Positions 19,689 through 28,177 of a DNA stretch of 64,000 nt are shown piece by piece. The notes beneath the pieces were generated by a model. That model searched no databases. It was not told where the DNA came from and saw only the letters and a program-made list of their open reading frames with translations. Where the stretch lies: the NCBI GenBank assembly GCA_002348365.1, contig DEBC01000089.1:7794-71793 (forward strand). Reading direction: 5' to 3'. The stretch is from Alphaproteobacteria bacterium UBA2966 (GTDB lineage: Bacteria > Pseudomonadota > Alphaproteobacteria > UBA2966). Both the position numbers and the translations under genes were made by a program. Within the stretch, counting starts at the first letter, position 1; each line of letters begins with the position of its first letter.

Positions 19689-20708
19689 GTGGCCAGAAAA
19701 AAGAAAAGCGCTCCTGTTTTCGGCACCGTGGCACTCGTGGGCATCGGATTGATCGGGTCTTCTCTGGCGCGTGTGATGCGCCGCGAAGGTCTGGCGGAGC
19801 GAATTGTCGGCTGCGCGCGCACCCGTCGCACCCGTGCGAAGGCACGAGAGCTTGGACTCGTTGACGCAACCTTCGCCAGCGCACGACAAGCGGCCAAGGG
19901 TGCCGATTTGATCGTCATTTGCTCTCCGGTCAGCACCTACGCAGCGATCGGCGAAACCATCGGGCCAGTACTGAAGTCAGGCGCGATCGTGACCGATGTT
20001 GGGTCTGTGAAGCGGGCGGTGATCGATGCCTTGGCACCGCACATTCCTGACGGTGCCCACCTGGTGCCTGGTCATCCGGTGGCGGGCACCGAGCATTCGG
20101 GTCCCGAGGCCGGATTCGCTGAACTTTTCGAAGGGCGCTGGTGCATTCTGACACCGGACGACGCAACCGATTCATCTGCCGTGAAACGTGTGACCGAGCT
20201 GTGGCGCCGGGCTGGAAGTCGTGTCGAAATCATGGACGCCAGCCATCACGATTTGGTGCTTGCCGTGACCTCTCATCTGCCGCACCTCATTGCATATAAC
20301 ATCGTGGGGACGGCCGCGGACCTGGAATCGGTGACCGAATCAGAGGTCTTCAAATACTCGGCGGGCGGATTCCGCGATTTCACACGAATCGCCGCTTCCG
20401 ATCCGGTTATGTGGCGAGACGTATTTCTGCACAACCGTGACGCCGTCCTCGAGGTGCTGGGAAGATTCAACGAGGATCTGTCCGCGCTTCAGCGTGCCAT
20501 CCGTTGGGGCCAGGGCGATTCACTCGAAGAACTGTTTGCACGCACCCGGGCCATACGCCGCGGAGTGATCGAGGCAGGCCAGGCCGAAGAGCCCGGCGCG
20601 GGAGGCGCGAAGCCTAAGGCGCGGGCGCGCCCAGCCAAGAAAAATCGAGGGAATGCAGCGGGAAAATCCTCAACGGCCCGGCGGTCAACCAGCCGTTCTG
20701 GGCGGTGA
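19689..20708 (+). CDS. tyrC: prephenate/arogenate (cyclohexadienyl) dehydrogenase
   Basis: 'VALVGIGLIGSSLA' Rossmann. 'HPVAGTEHSG' PDH catalytic region. GTG start at 19689 chosen just after the hisC stop. Lys/Arg-rich C-terminal tail. Confidence 0.75.
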   Translation: MARKKKSAPVFGTVALVGIGLIGSSLARVMRREGLAERIVGCARTRRTRAKARELGLVDATFASARQAAKGADLIVICSPVSTYAAIGETIGPVLKSGAIVTDVGSVKRAVIDALAPHIPDGAHLVPGHPVAGTEHSGPEAGFAELFEGRWCILTPDDATDSSAVKRVTELWRRAGSRVEIMDASHHDLVLAVTSHLPHLIAYNIVGTAADLESVTESEVFKYSAGGFRDFTRIAASDPVMWRDVFLHNRDAVLEVLGRFNEDLSALQRAIRWGQGDSLEELFARTRAIRRGVIEAGQAEEPGAGGAKPKARARPAKKNRGNAAGKSSTARRSTSRSGR

Positions 20709-21702
20709 GCGGCAGGACGATACCGCCGTTTTCTGCGGAGTCCGAAAACACGCTGAGACCGATCTTCGCTGCCGCACCCTCCGCCGGTCGGATTCTGCCA
20801 GCTTGAACCAGAGAGTCGATGACCACGCGGTGACCGCGCACCGTTGCAGTGAGCGCTGCCAACGGGCGGTTGCGTTTGTCGAGGCTCAGTGTGCCTTCAG
20901 CGTCGACAGTCAGGGCACCCCATCGCAAAGCCAGGGACTCGACGTCGATGGTGCCACCATTGTCGCGCCACGACGCGAGGTCACGTCCTTGCAGAGATCT
21001 CGGTAGATATCCTTTCGCGCTGAGTTTCCAGGCAATCTGCTCGATCACCGTGCTCAGAGCGGTCGTTTCGACAATAGGAAGTTGTGCCTGATGAATTCGT
21101 CCCCGAAGGCGCAGTGTGACCGGGTCACCGGGAGAATGCTCACGCACCCCGCTCACGCCGAGAGATCGTATTGTTACAGGCTTGGTCAGCGTGGTGCTGT
21201 GGATATGGATGTTTGACAGCGCCGCTTCGAGAAATCGAACTCCCCCTTGGGACGACTCAATTTCGGCGATGGCGGTTTCAAAACCTACGATCGAGCGCGT
21301 ATCGGTGCCTTGGGCGGTCAAACGCAATTCGTGACCACCACTGAGGTCTGCAGTTATGGCATTGGGAGTCCAGATGCTTGCTCGGCCGTGGATGGCCCCG
21401 CCCTGCCACGTCCACGCCAGATCAGACGGCATAGTCTCGATGGCAACCGATTCAGCTCTCACCTCGAACGCAAATGGATAGCCCCCGTAGTGAAGCTCGG
21501 CCAACTCAACGCTTCCACCCCTGTCTCGAATTGCCTGGGACCAGTCCTCGATAGCACGCTCGGCGGCGGATATTCCCTGATGCCAATACAACGTGTGAAA
21601 TACCAGGAGGATCGCGCTCGTCACGCTGACGATGGCAATGATCCACTTCGTAAATCGCGGCAAGATCGCCGCGTGCAGGCGAGGCATGGCTGGCAACGGC
21701 AT
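20614..21702 (-). CDS. DUF2125 domain-containing protein
   Basis: N-terminal TM anchor. Conserved alphaproteobacterial protein usually found next to tyrC. 362 aa. Confidence 0.5.
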   Translation of the reverse strand: MPLPAMPRLHAAILPRFTKWIIAIVSVTSAILLVFHTLYWHQGISAAERAIEDWSQAIRDRGGSVELAELHYGGYPFAFEVRAESVAIETMPSDLAWTWQGGAIHGRASIWTPNAITADLSGGHELRLTAQGTDTRSIVGFETAIAEIESSQGGVRFLEAALSNIHIHSTTLTKPVTIRSLGVSGVREHSPGDPVTLRLRGRIHQAQLPIVETTALSTVIEQIAWKLSAKGYLPRSLQGRDLASWRDNGGTIDVESLALRWGALTVDAEGTLSLDKRNRPLAALTATVRGHRVVIDSLVQAGRIRPAEGAAAKIGLSVFSDSAENGGIVLPLTAQNGWLTAGPLRIFPLHSLDFSWLGAPAP

Positions 21703-21854
21703 GGGATACGAGATTATATCGCTCGCCAGGTCATTTGGGTGTCCGACTCTTCGAGTGCAAATGAAGCTTCCATCATATGTGCCTGCTGAGAAGGAGACTC
21801 GATGATCTTGGCGCGACCCATTTCATCTCATAGGTTAGGCGCAAGCAGAGTCGA

Positions 21855-22640
21855 ATGGAGACGGGGATGTCTGAGCCCAGAGTGGTTGTGATCACGGGTG
21901 GCGCAAGTGGCATGGGTCACGGAACGGGGCACCGGTTTGCCGAAAACGGCGATCAAATCGTGGTCGCGGATGTGAATTCCAATCTTGGACACGCGGTTGT
22001 CAGGGAGATCGAGGACAAGGGTGGCCGCGCGATTTTTCATGACCTCGATGTCAGTGAGGAAGAGTCCGTCAACGACTTGGTGGCGTGGGTCGAGTCAGAA
22101 ATAGGTCCCATCGATGTGCTGGTGAACTCGGCAGGTGTTCTGCAAAATCCGATGCCCATTACTGAGATGTCCATGGAAGAACACGATCGCATGTGGGACA
22201 TCAACAATCGCGGGCTCTACATGTGTTGCCGCGCCGTGGCACCGCATATGAAAGGGCGTGGTCGCGGGAACATCATCAACATCGCCTCGACCACCAGCTT
22301 TGTCGCTTGGCCGTTGACTGCCTATGACCCCGGCAAGACTTCCGTGAAGATGCTGACCGAAGTGCTGGCTGCCGAGATGGGGCCGAAAGGCGTAAGGGTC
22401 AACGCTGTGGCACCCCATATCACGGCGACGCCGGCAATTCAGTCGCGCATCGACGCGGGCGAACGCGATCCAGCAAAGATTGTTGCCCAGAATGCCTTGC
22501 CTCGAATGGTTGAGGTCGAGGATGTCGCAGAAGCGATCTTTTTTTTGTGCTCGCCCGAGGCGAAGGCCATTACCGGTGTAACGTTGCCGGTCGATTGCGG
22601 TTTCCTCGTCGCCAGTTCGTACAACACCTACCCGAAATAG
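21855..22640 (+). CDS. SDR family NAD(P)-dependent oxidoreductase
   Basis: 'VVITGGASGMGHG' TGxxxGxG. 'NSAG'. Catalytic YxxxK region. Confidence 0.8.
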   Translation: METGMSEPRVVVITGGASGMGHGTGHRFAENGDQIVVADVNSNLGHAVVREIEDKGGRAIFHDLDVSEEESVNDLVAWVESEIGPIDVLVNSAGVLQNPMPITEMSMEEHDRMWDINNRGLYMCCRAVAPHMKGRGRGNIINIASTTSFVAWPLTAYDPGKTSVKMLTEVLAAEMGPKGVRVNAVAPHITATPAIQSRIDAGERDPAKIVAQNALPRMVEVEDVAEAIFFLCSPEAKAITGVTLPVDCGFLVASSYNTYPK

Positions 22641-22650
22641 CTATTGCGAC

Positions 22651-23244
22651 ATGGTTCCGTCGTCTCGCAGGGACGGACTTCAGAATCTCGACCATCTTCA
22701 TGATGGTGGTGAACTGTGGGTGTTCGGCTATGGCTCCCTGATGTGGCGACCTGGATTTCCGCACCTCGAAGCGCATACGGCGTTGATTCGAGGTGTGCAT
22801 CGCGCGGCCTGTGTTATTTCGCATCGGCATCGGGGAACGCGGGAACGACCCGGCGTGGTCATGGGATTGGATGCCGGTGGCTCCTGCAAAGGGCGGGTCT
22901 ATCGCGTGGCTGCTCCGGAGGCTGCAGGCGTCCTTGACTATCTCCACGACCGTGAGATGGGTGGTTACGACGTCTATAAACCGTCCAAGCGTCAGGTACT
23001 CATCCTGACCGACGGTCAGCGGCACCTCGTCTCAGCGCTGTGTTTTGTGGTCGACCGATACCACGATCAATACGCGGGCAGGATGTCCCGATCCGATCTC
23101 ATCACACATATTCGCCAGGGAGTCGGTGAAGGTGGCACTTGCCGAGATTACTTCGAGAATCTGGTGCGTCATCTCGACGATCTGGGAATCGCCGATGGTC
23201 CCATACACCATCTTTTTGAAGCTGTTGGCATGAGTTCGGCCTAG
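22651..23244 (+). CDS. ChaC family gamma-glutamylcyclotransferase (glutathione-specific)
   Basis: 'LWVFGYGSLMWRPGF' ChaC/GGCT signature. About 195 aa. Confidence 0.75.
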   Translation: MVPSSRRDGLQNLDHLHDGGELWVFGYGSLMWRPGFPHLEAHTALIRGVHRAACVISHRHRGTRERPGVVMGLDAGGSCKGRVYRVAAPEAAGVLDYLHDREMGGYDVYKPSKRQVLILTDGQRHLVSALCFVVDRYHDQYAGRMSRSDLITHIRQGVGEGGTCRDYFENLVRHLDDLGIADGPIHHLFEAVGMSSA

Positions 23245-23314
23245 AAGGTCCTGCCGCCCTTTATATTGGGGCGCCAGAGCGTTACGATTTCATACTCTGC
23301 GATGTCTCGATGGG

Positions 23315-24688
23315 ATGGAGGGCGCGACGATGAACGTTCACCAGATGAATGTACCCGAAGCCTATGCCGGCTATCATTTGCGTGATCTACCTCATGAAGA
23401 TGCGGAACTGACCCATGTCGGACCAGGCGCGCCCTGTGGTGAGTACATGCGCAGGTTCTGGCAGCCTGTTTGCCTGTCACAGGAACTGACAGACCTGCCT
23501 CACGCCACCCGAATTCTCGGTGAGGACTTGGTTGCCTTCCGCGACAAGTCCGGTGATGTGGGAGTCCTGCACCGTCATTGCAGCCATCGCGGTACGTCAC
23601 TGGAATACGGCATTGTCGCCGAACATGGAATCCGTTGCTGTTATCACGGCTGGTTGTTCGGTACCGACGGAACCATCCTCGAGACACCAGGTGAGCCGCC
23701 GAATTCGAAACTGCGGGAGAGCTTTCGCCATGGCGCCTATCCGGCTCGGGAGTACGAAGGCCTTGTGTTTGCCTACATGGGGCCGCCCGATGAAGAACCC
23801 GAATTCCCCATGTTCGACACCTATTATTTGTCCGACAACAAACTGGTTCCCTATTCCTGCCACTACTCGTGCAGCTGGTTGCAGGTGCACGAAAACTTTG
23901 TCGACCCTATCCACGCCGTTTTCCTGCACACGCGCCTGACGGGCACCCAATTCACGGATGCCTGGCATGATTTGCCGGCCACTGAATTCATCGAGAAGGA
24001 TGCAGGCCTCTATTACATCACGACCCGTCAGGTCGGCGATCGTATCTGGGTTCGCACGAACCACATCATGTTGCCCAACTTCGGCCAGGTCGCGGCGTTG
24101 TGGGAGGCGGTCGAAAAAGAGAAATTGTTCAATCGTGCCAGCGTCACGCGGTGGTCAGTGCCGATCGACGATACCAATTCATGGATCTTCGGTTACCGGC
24201 ACTTCAACGATGTAGTCGACACGGCCGGCATCGGCAAGGAAGAGGAGTGCGGTATCGACTCCGTGGACTTCCTGGGCCAGACCGGGAACCGGCCCTACGA
24301 AGAACGTCAACGCGAGCCTGGCGATTGGGATGCCCTCGTTGGACAGAGGCCGATTGCCATTCACGCCAAGGAGCACCTTGGCACCACCGATCGCGGCGTT
24401 GCGATGTGGCGGAAAATCCTGCGGGAGGGTATCCGTGGCGAAGGGCGCTTTGCAGGCAAGCCGGCGACGTGGGGTTATGCCGGTGATCCTATTCATACCT
24501 ATACGCATGACACCTGCCTTGAGATTCCAGACAACGGCATGAAGGGTGCCGAGCAGATGGAGTATCTCTCCCAGGTGGGCCGCGAGGCTCTTGACTGCAT
24601 CTTCTCGGGCGATGCCTTGGAGGGGGAGGAGCGTAAGTCACACATTGAGCAACAGCTCATCGCGTTGCGCGATCGCTATCGCGCGTGA
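23315..24688 (+). CDS. Rieske (2Fe-2S) non-heme iron oxygenase, alpha subunit
   Basis: Rieske 'CSHRG...CCYHGW' (CxH-X17-CxxH). Mononuclear iron motif 'ENFVDPIHAVFLH'. No adjacent beta, ferredoxin or reductase genes. Confidence 0.8.
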   Translation: MEGATMNVHQMNVPEAYAGYHLRDLPHEDAELTHVGPGAPCGEYMRRFWQPVCLSQELTDLPHATRILGEDLVAFRDKSGDVGVLHRHCSHRGTSLEYGIVAEHGIRCCYHGWLFGTDGTILETPGEPPNSKLRESFRHGAYPAREYEGLVFAYMGPPDEEPEFPMFDTYYLSDNKLVPYSCHYSCSWLQVHENFVDPIHAVFLHTRLTGTQFTDAWHDLPATEFIEKDAGLYYITTRQVGDRIWVRTNHIMLPNFGQVAALWEAVEKEKLFNRASVTRWSVPIDDTNSWIFGYRHFNDVVDTAGIGKEEECGIDSVDFLGQTGNRPYEERQREPGDWDALVGQRPIAIHAKEHLGTTDRGVAMWRKILREGIRGEGRFAGKPATWGYAGDPIHTYTHDTCLEIPDNGMKGAEQMEYLSQVGREALDCIFSGDALEGEERKSHIEQQLIALRDRYRA

Positions 24689-24744
24689 AGTGCTCTGGCA
24701 AGCGCTTCCCGCCCGGCTGACTCCAACCGTGAAGGCGTAAACTC

Positions 24745-25145
24745 ATGGCGATGCGGCAACTGATCAAATCCGCCTCGCTTCGGCAAACGGATTTCTACCA
24801 TCACATCAGTATTAGTGAGGGGGCAGGACCATCCGTGTTGCGGGGCAAGTGGCGTTCGATCGCGACCGGAATCTGTTGGGAGGTGACAGTCTGGAAGCTC
24901 AAACCCGGCATGCATTCCAGAACCTGCAGACGGCTCTGGCAGCGGGTGGCGCCACACTCGAGGATCTCGTGATGATGACCTTTTACGTGGTCGGATATCA
25001 GGAACCTCACCGCGACGTCTTGATGACCGTCATGGATGAATTTTTGACACCAGAGCAGCGCCCGCCGTCCACGCTTCTGGGGGTGCAGGCATTGGCCTAT
25101 AAGGAGTTGCTCGTCGAGATCGACGGCGTGGCCGTCGTCGACTAA
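24745..25145 (+). pseudogene. RidA/YjgF (Rid family) gene with a -1 frameshift in a G5 run (24819-24823)
   Basis: Frame-1 ORF 'MAMRQLIKSASLRQTDFYHHISISEG' continues in frame 0 as 'RTIRVAGQVAFDRDRNLLGGDSLEAQTRHAF...VEIDGVAVVD'. Adding one G restores a ~134-aa RutC/RidA-like protein. Confidence 0.55.
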
Positions 25146-25243
25146 GATCAAGAGAAGAACCCTGCCCGGAAGCAAGCCGGGTCATCGTACCAACAACCGA
25201 CGGCCGCCAACCGGCTGATTCTCCGCAAGACTGCATAGCAAAC

Positions 25244-26914
25244 ATGAGACGCAACGGCATCTCGGAGAACTACGACTATGTCGTCGTCGGCGGTGGATCA
25301 GCGGGGTGCATCGTGGCCAATCGGCTCAGCGCCGATCCCAACAATCGCGTCATCTTGCTGGAGGCCGGCAGCAGCGGCCGTAACCCGCTCTATCGGGTGC
25401 CTTTGGTCGCAGGAAAACTGAGCCACGGCCATTTCAACGATTGGAACTACCAAACCGAACCGGATCCAGGTGTCAACGATCGTCGCATGGATTGGCCTCG
25501 AGCCAAGATGCTCGGCGGCTGCTCGATGATCGCCGGCATGATGTACGTCCGCGGCCATCCATCGGACTTCGACACCTGGGCGCAGCTTGGCAATCGCGGC
25601 TGGAGTTATCGCGAGGTCCTGCCCTATTTCAAACGGGCCGAAGATCATGAGTTCGGCGCCGATGAGTACCACGGCACGGGCGGGGAGCTACATGTGCGGG
25701 GTCCGCGCTCCGACAACCCGATTCTGCCCGCCTACATCGAAGCAGGCCGGCAGGCGGGCTATCCGCTCACGGATGACTTCAATGGGGAGAGCCAGGAGGG
25801 ATTCGGCCGCTACCACTTCAACATCAAGGATGGACAGCGCTGGAGCACCGCGCGTGCCTACCTCGATCCGGTGCGTGGCCGCCCCAACCTGACCGTTCTG
25901 ACCGGAGCCCATGCGACGGAGATCCAGTTCGATGGCCATCGGGCATCCGGCGTCACCTTTCGCCGTAACGGCCAGGACTCGCGAGTGAATGCGGAGCGTG
26001 AAATCGTTCTCTGCGGCGGCGCTGTCAATTCTCCGCAGCTGCTTATGCTGTCGGGCATCGGTCCCGCGGACGCTTTGACCAGTCATGGAATAGCGGTGCG
26101 AGTAGATCTCGCTGGTGTGGGGCGCAATCTCCAAGACCATCTCGATCTGTCGGTTTGCCACGCTAGCCGGCAGCCGGTCACGGTGTTCAGCCTGCTGTCT
26201 GCTGATCGTTTTGCAATTGCGGTCGCGAGAGCACTGCTGTTTGGCACCGGTCCCGCTACCGTCTTTCCTCAGGAGGCAGGCGGATTTATTCGAAGTGAAC
26301 CGGATCTGGAGGTGCCGGATCTCCAGGCACACTTATTGCCGTTGCTTGTGGATCGCATGAAGCTGCGCCCGCCGTTCGCTTATCTGTTCGACAGAAATCC
26401 TGTGGACGGTCACGGATATGCCATCCGAACCAGTTTGTTGAGACCGCACAGCCGCGGCACGATCGAACTGAGATCGGCTGATCCGTTCGCAAATCCGATG
26501 ATCCGCCCGAACTATCTTTCTGACCGGCGCGATATCGACCTGTTTCGCAAGTCTGTGCACATCAGCCGGGACCTCATGTCGCAGGAGGCCCTTAAGCCCT
26601 TCAGCGCCGGCGAGATCGAACCGGGCAACCAGGTGCAATGCGATGAAGATCAGGAACCCTGGATCAGGAAGGCCGCGACGACCGAATTCCATCCGACCAG
26701 CACCTGTACCATGGGGGAAGGAACGGACGCGGTGGTGGATGGGGAGTTACGGGTGTATGGGGTAGACGGTCTGAGAGTCGCTGATGCCTCCATCATGCCC
26801 GTCATCACTGGAGGCAACATCAACGCACCGACGATGATGATCGGTGAGAAAGCAGCAGACCTGGTATTGGGAAAGAAGCCCCTGGAAGTCTGCACGGCCA
26901 CCGATACGGGATAA
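25244..26914 (+). CDS. GMC family oxidoreductase (choline dehydrogenase-like)
   Basis: 'YDYVVVGGGSAGCIVANRLS' FAD ADP-binding motif. GMC N- and C-terminal signatures ('HPTSTCTMG'). 556 aa. Confidence 0.85.
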   Translation: MRRNGISENYDYVVVGGGSAGCIVANRLSADPNNRVILLEAGSSGRNPLYRVPLVAGKLSHGHFNDWNYQTEPDPGVNDRRMDWPRAKMLGGCSMIAGMMYVRGHPSDFDTWAQLGNRGWSYREVLPYFKRAEDHEFGADEYHGTGGELHVRGPRSDNPILPAYIEAGRQAGYPLTDDFNGESQEGFGRYHFNIKDGQRWSTARAYLDPVRGRPNLTVLTGAHATEIQFDGHRASGVTFRRNGQDSRVNAEREIVLCGGAVNSPQLLMLSGIGPADALTSHGIAVRVDLAGVGRNLQDHLDLSVCHASRQPVTVFSLLSADRFAIAVARALLFGTGPATVFPQEAGGFIRSEPDLEVPDLQAHLLPLLVDRMKLRPPFAYLFDRNPVDGHGYAIRTSLLRPHSRGTIELRSADPFANPMIRPNYLSDRRDIDLFRKSVHISRDLMSQEALKPFSAGEIEPGNQVQCDEDQEPWIRKAATTEFHPTSTCTMGEGTDAVVDGELRVYGVDGLRVADASIMPVITGGNINAPTMMIGEKAADLVLGKKPLEVCTATDTG

Positions 26915-26959
26915 CGCGTTTCCGACTCCAGAGAACTTTGATCCCGAGGGGAGTTTCAC

Positions 26960-27379
26960 ATGAAAGTCGATGGTGGATGTCACTGCGGCCATCTCACGTA
27001 TGAGGCGGAGATTGACGAGTCTATCGTGACGGTGTGCCATTGCACCGACTGCCAAAACCTTGCGGGCACCCCGTTTCGCGTGACCGCCCACAGTTTCGAG
27101 GGTTCTTTTACTCTACTGACGGGCAAGCCGAAGGAATACGTAAAGACCGGAGGAAGCGGAAATCCCCGCATACAGGCCTTCTGTGCCGAATGCGGGTCAC
27201 AGATTTATTCGACGTCCGTGGGTGAAGGCCCCAAGGTTTACAATCTTCGTGTGGGCACAATTCGCCAGCGCGACAGTCTCGTGCCAACCCGACAGATATG
27301 GGCTCGGTCGGCGCATCACTGGATCGATAATCTCTCATCGGTTCCAATGTATCAGGAAGGCCCTCCTCAACCCCGCTAG
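26960..27379 (+). CDS. GFA family protein (glutathione-dependent formaldehyde-activating enzyme / CENP-V fold)
   Basis: Cys-rich 'GGCHCG...CHCTDCQ...FCAECGS' Zn-binding pattern of the Gfa family. 139 aa. Confidence 0.75.
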   Translation: MKVDGGCHCGHLTYEAEIDESIVTVCHCTDCQNLAGTPFRVTAHSFEGSFTLLTGKPKEYVKTGGSGNPRIQAFCAECGSQIYSTSVGEGPKVYNLRVGTIRQRDSLVPTRQIWARSAHHWIDNLSSVPMYQEGPPQPR

Positions 27380-27392
27380 CGGGGCACACGTA

Positions 27393-27860
27393 ATGTCGAA
27401 TGCACAGAAGGTCCAGATCATGAAAATTGACGGTGCCTGTCACTGCGGTGACCTCACCTATGAGGCGGAACTCAACCTCGAACAGGTCCTGGTCTGTCAC
27501 TGCACTGACTGTCAGGCCATGTCGGCCACCGCGTTTCGCGTCGTCGCGCGTAGCAAGCCCGACACGCTGACGTTGCTTACCGGAAATCCCAGTACGTACA
27601 GCAAGATTGGAACGAGCGGGGCGGAGCGCGTGCTGTCTTTCTGCCCCCGTTGTGGAACCAATGTTTTTTCGACAACAGCGGGCGATGGCCCGAAGGTCCA
27701 TTCAATTCGCACGGGATCAATCCGCCAGCGCGCCGAACTCGTTCCAGTGGCACAAATGTGGACGCGGTCCGGACAACCCTGGGTGGACAGTCTCTCATCG
27801 ATCCCGAAATTGGAGGAGGCTTACGGACCTCCTGGCGGGATCACCACCTATGATCGGTAG
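27393..27860 (+). CDS. GFA family protein (tandem paralog)
   Basis: 'GACHCG...CHCTDCQ...FCPRCGT'. Alignable with the upstream paralog. Start at 27393 (MSNAQ) inside the longer track ORF. Confidence 0.7.
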   Translation: MSNAQKVQIMKIDGACHCGDLTYEAELNLEQVLVCHCTDCQAMSATAFRVVARSKPDTLTLLTGNPSTYSKIGTSGAERVLSFCPRCGTNVFSTTAGDGPKVHSIRTGSIRQRAELVPVAQMWTRSGQPWVDSLSSIPKLEEAYGPPGGITTYDR

Positions 27861-28156
27861 TTCAAGGAAGGCTCGCGGCGCAACTGTTTCACGAGGAAAT
27901 CCACGATCGCGCGGATGCGGGCGGAGGCATTATCCGGTTCCTTGTGCACGACATGCACAGGCACGGCAGGCGGGGCGGTCTCGTCGAGCACAAGTTCGAG
28001 CTCTCCCAATTCGAGTTGCGGTGCAATCATGTAGGAGAGCACGCGGGTGATGCCTCGCCCCGCCACGGCGACGTGCTCAATTATCGGGAACGCTCGGGAC
28101 CCGGTTGCAGTGAGGCGTGTAGCTAGACCCCCGTTCTTTCGCGAGTCAGTAGACAA
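27848..28156 (-). pseudogene. LysR-family regulator remnant (C-terminal substrate-binding domain only)
   Basis: 102-aa ORF resembling the last ~95 aa of a LysR effector domain ('...IRAIVDFLVKQL'). No HTH domain. Abuts the nrdJ stop, so there is no room for the missing N-terminal 200 aa. Confidence 0.45.
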
Positions 28157-28177
28157 GTAACCCGCAACTGGGAACGC

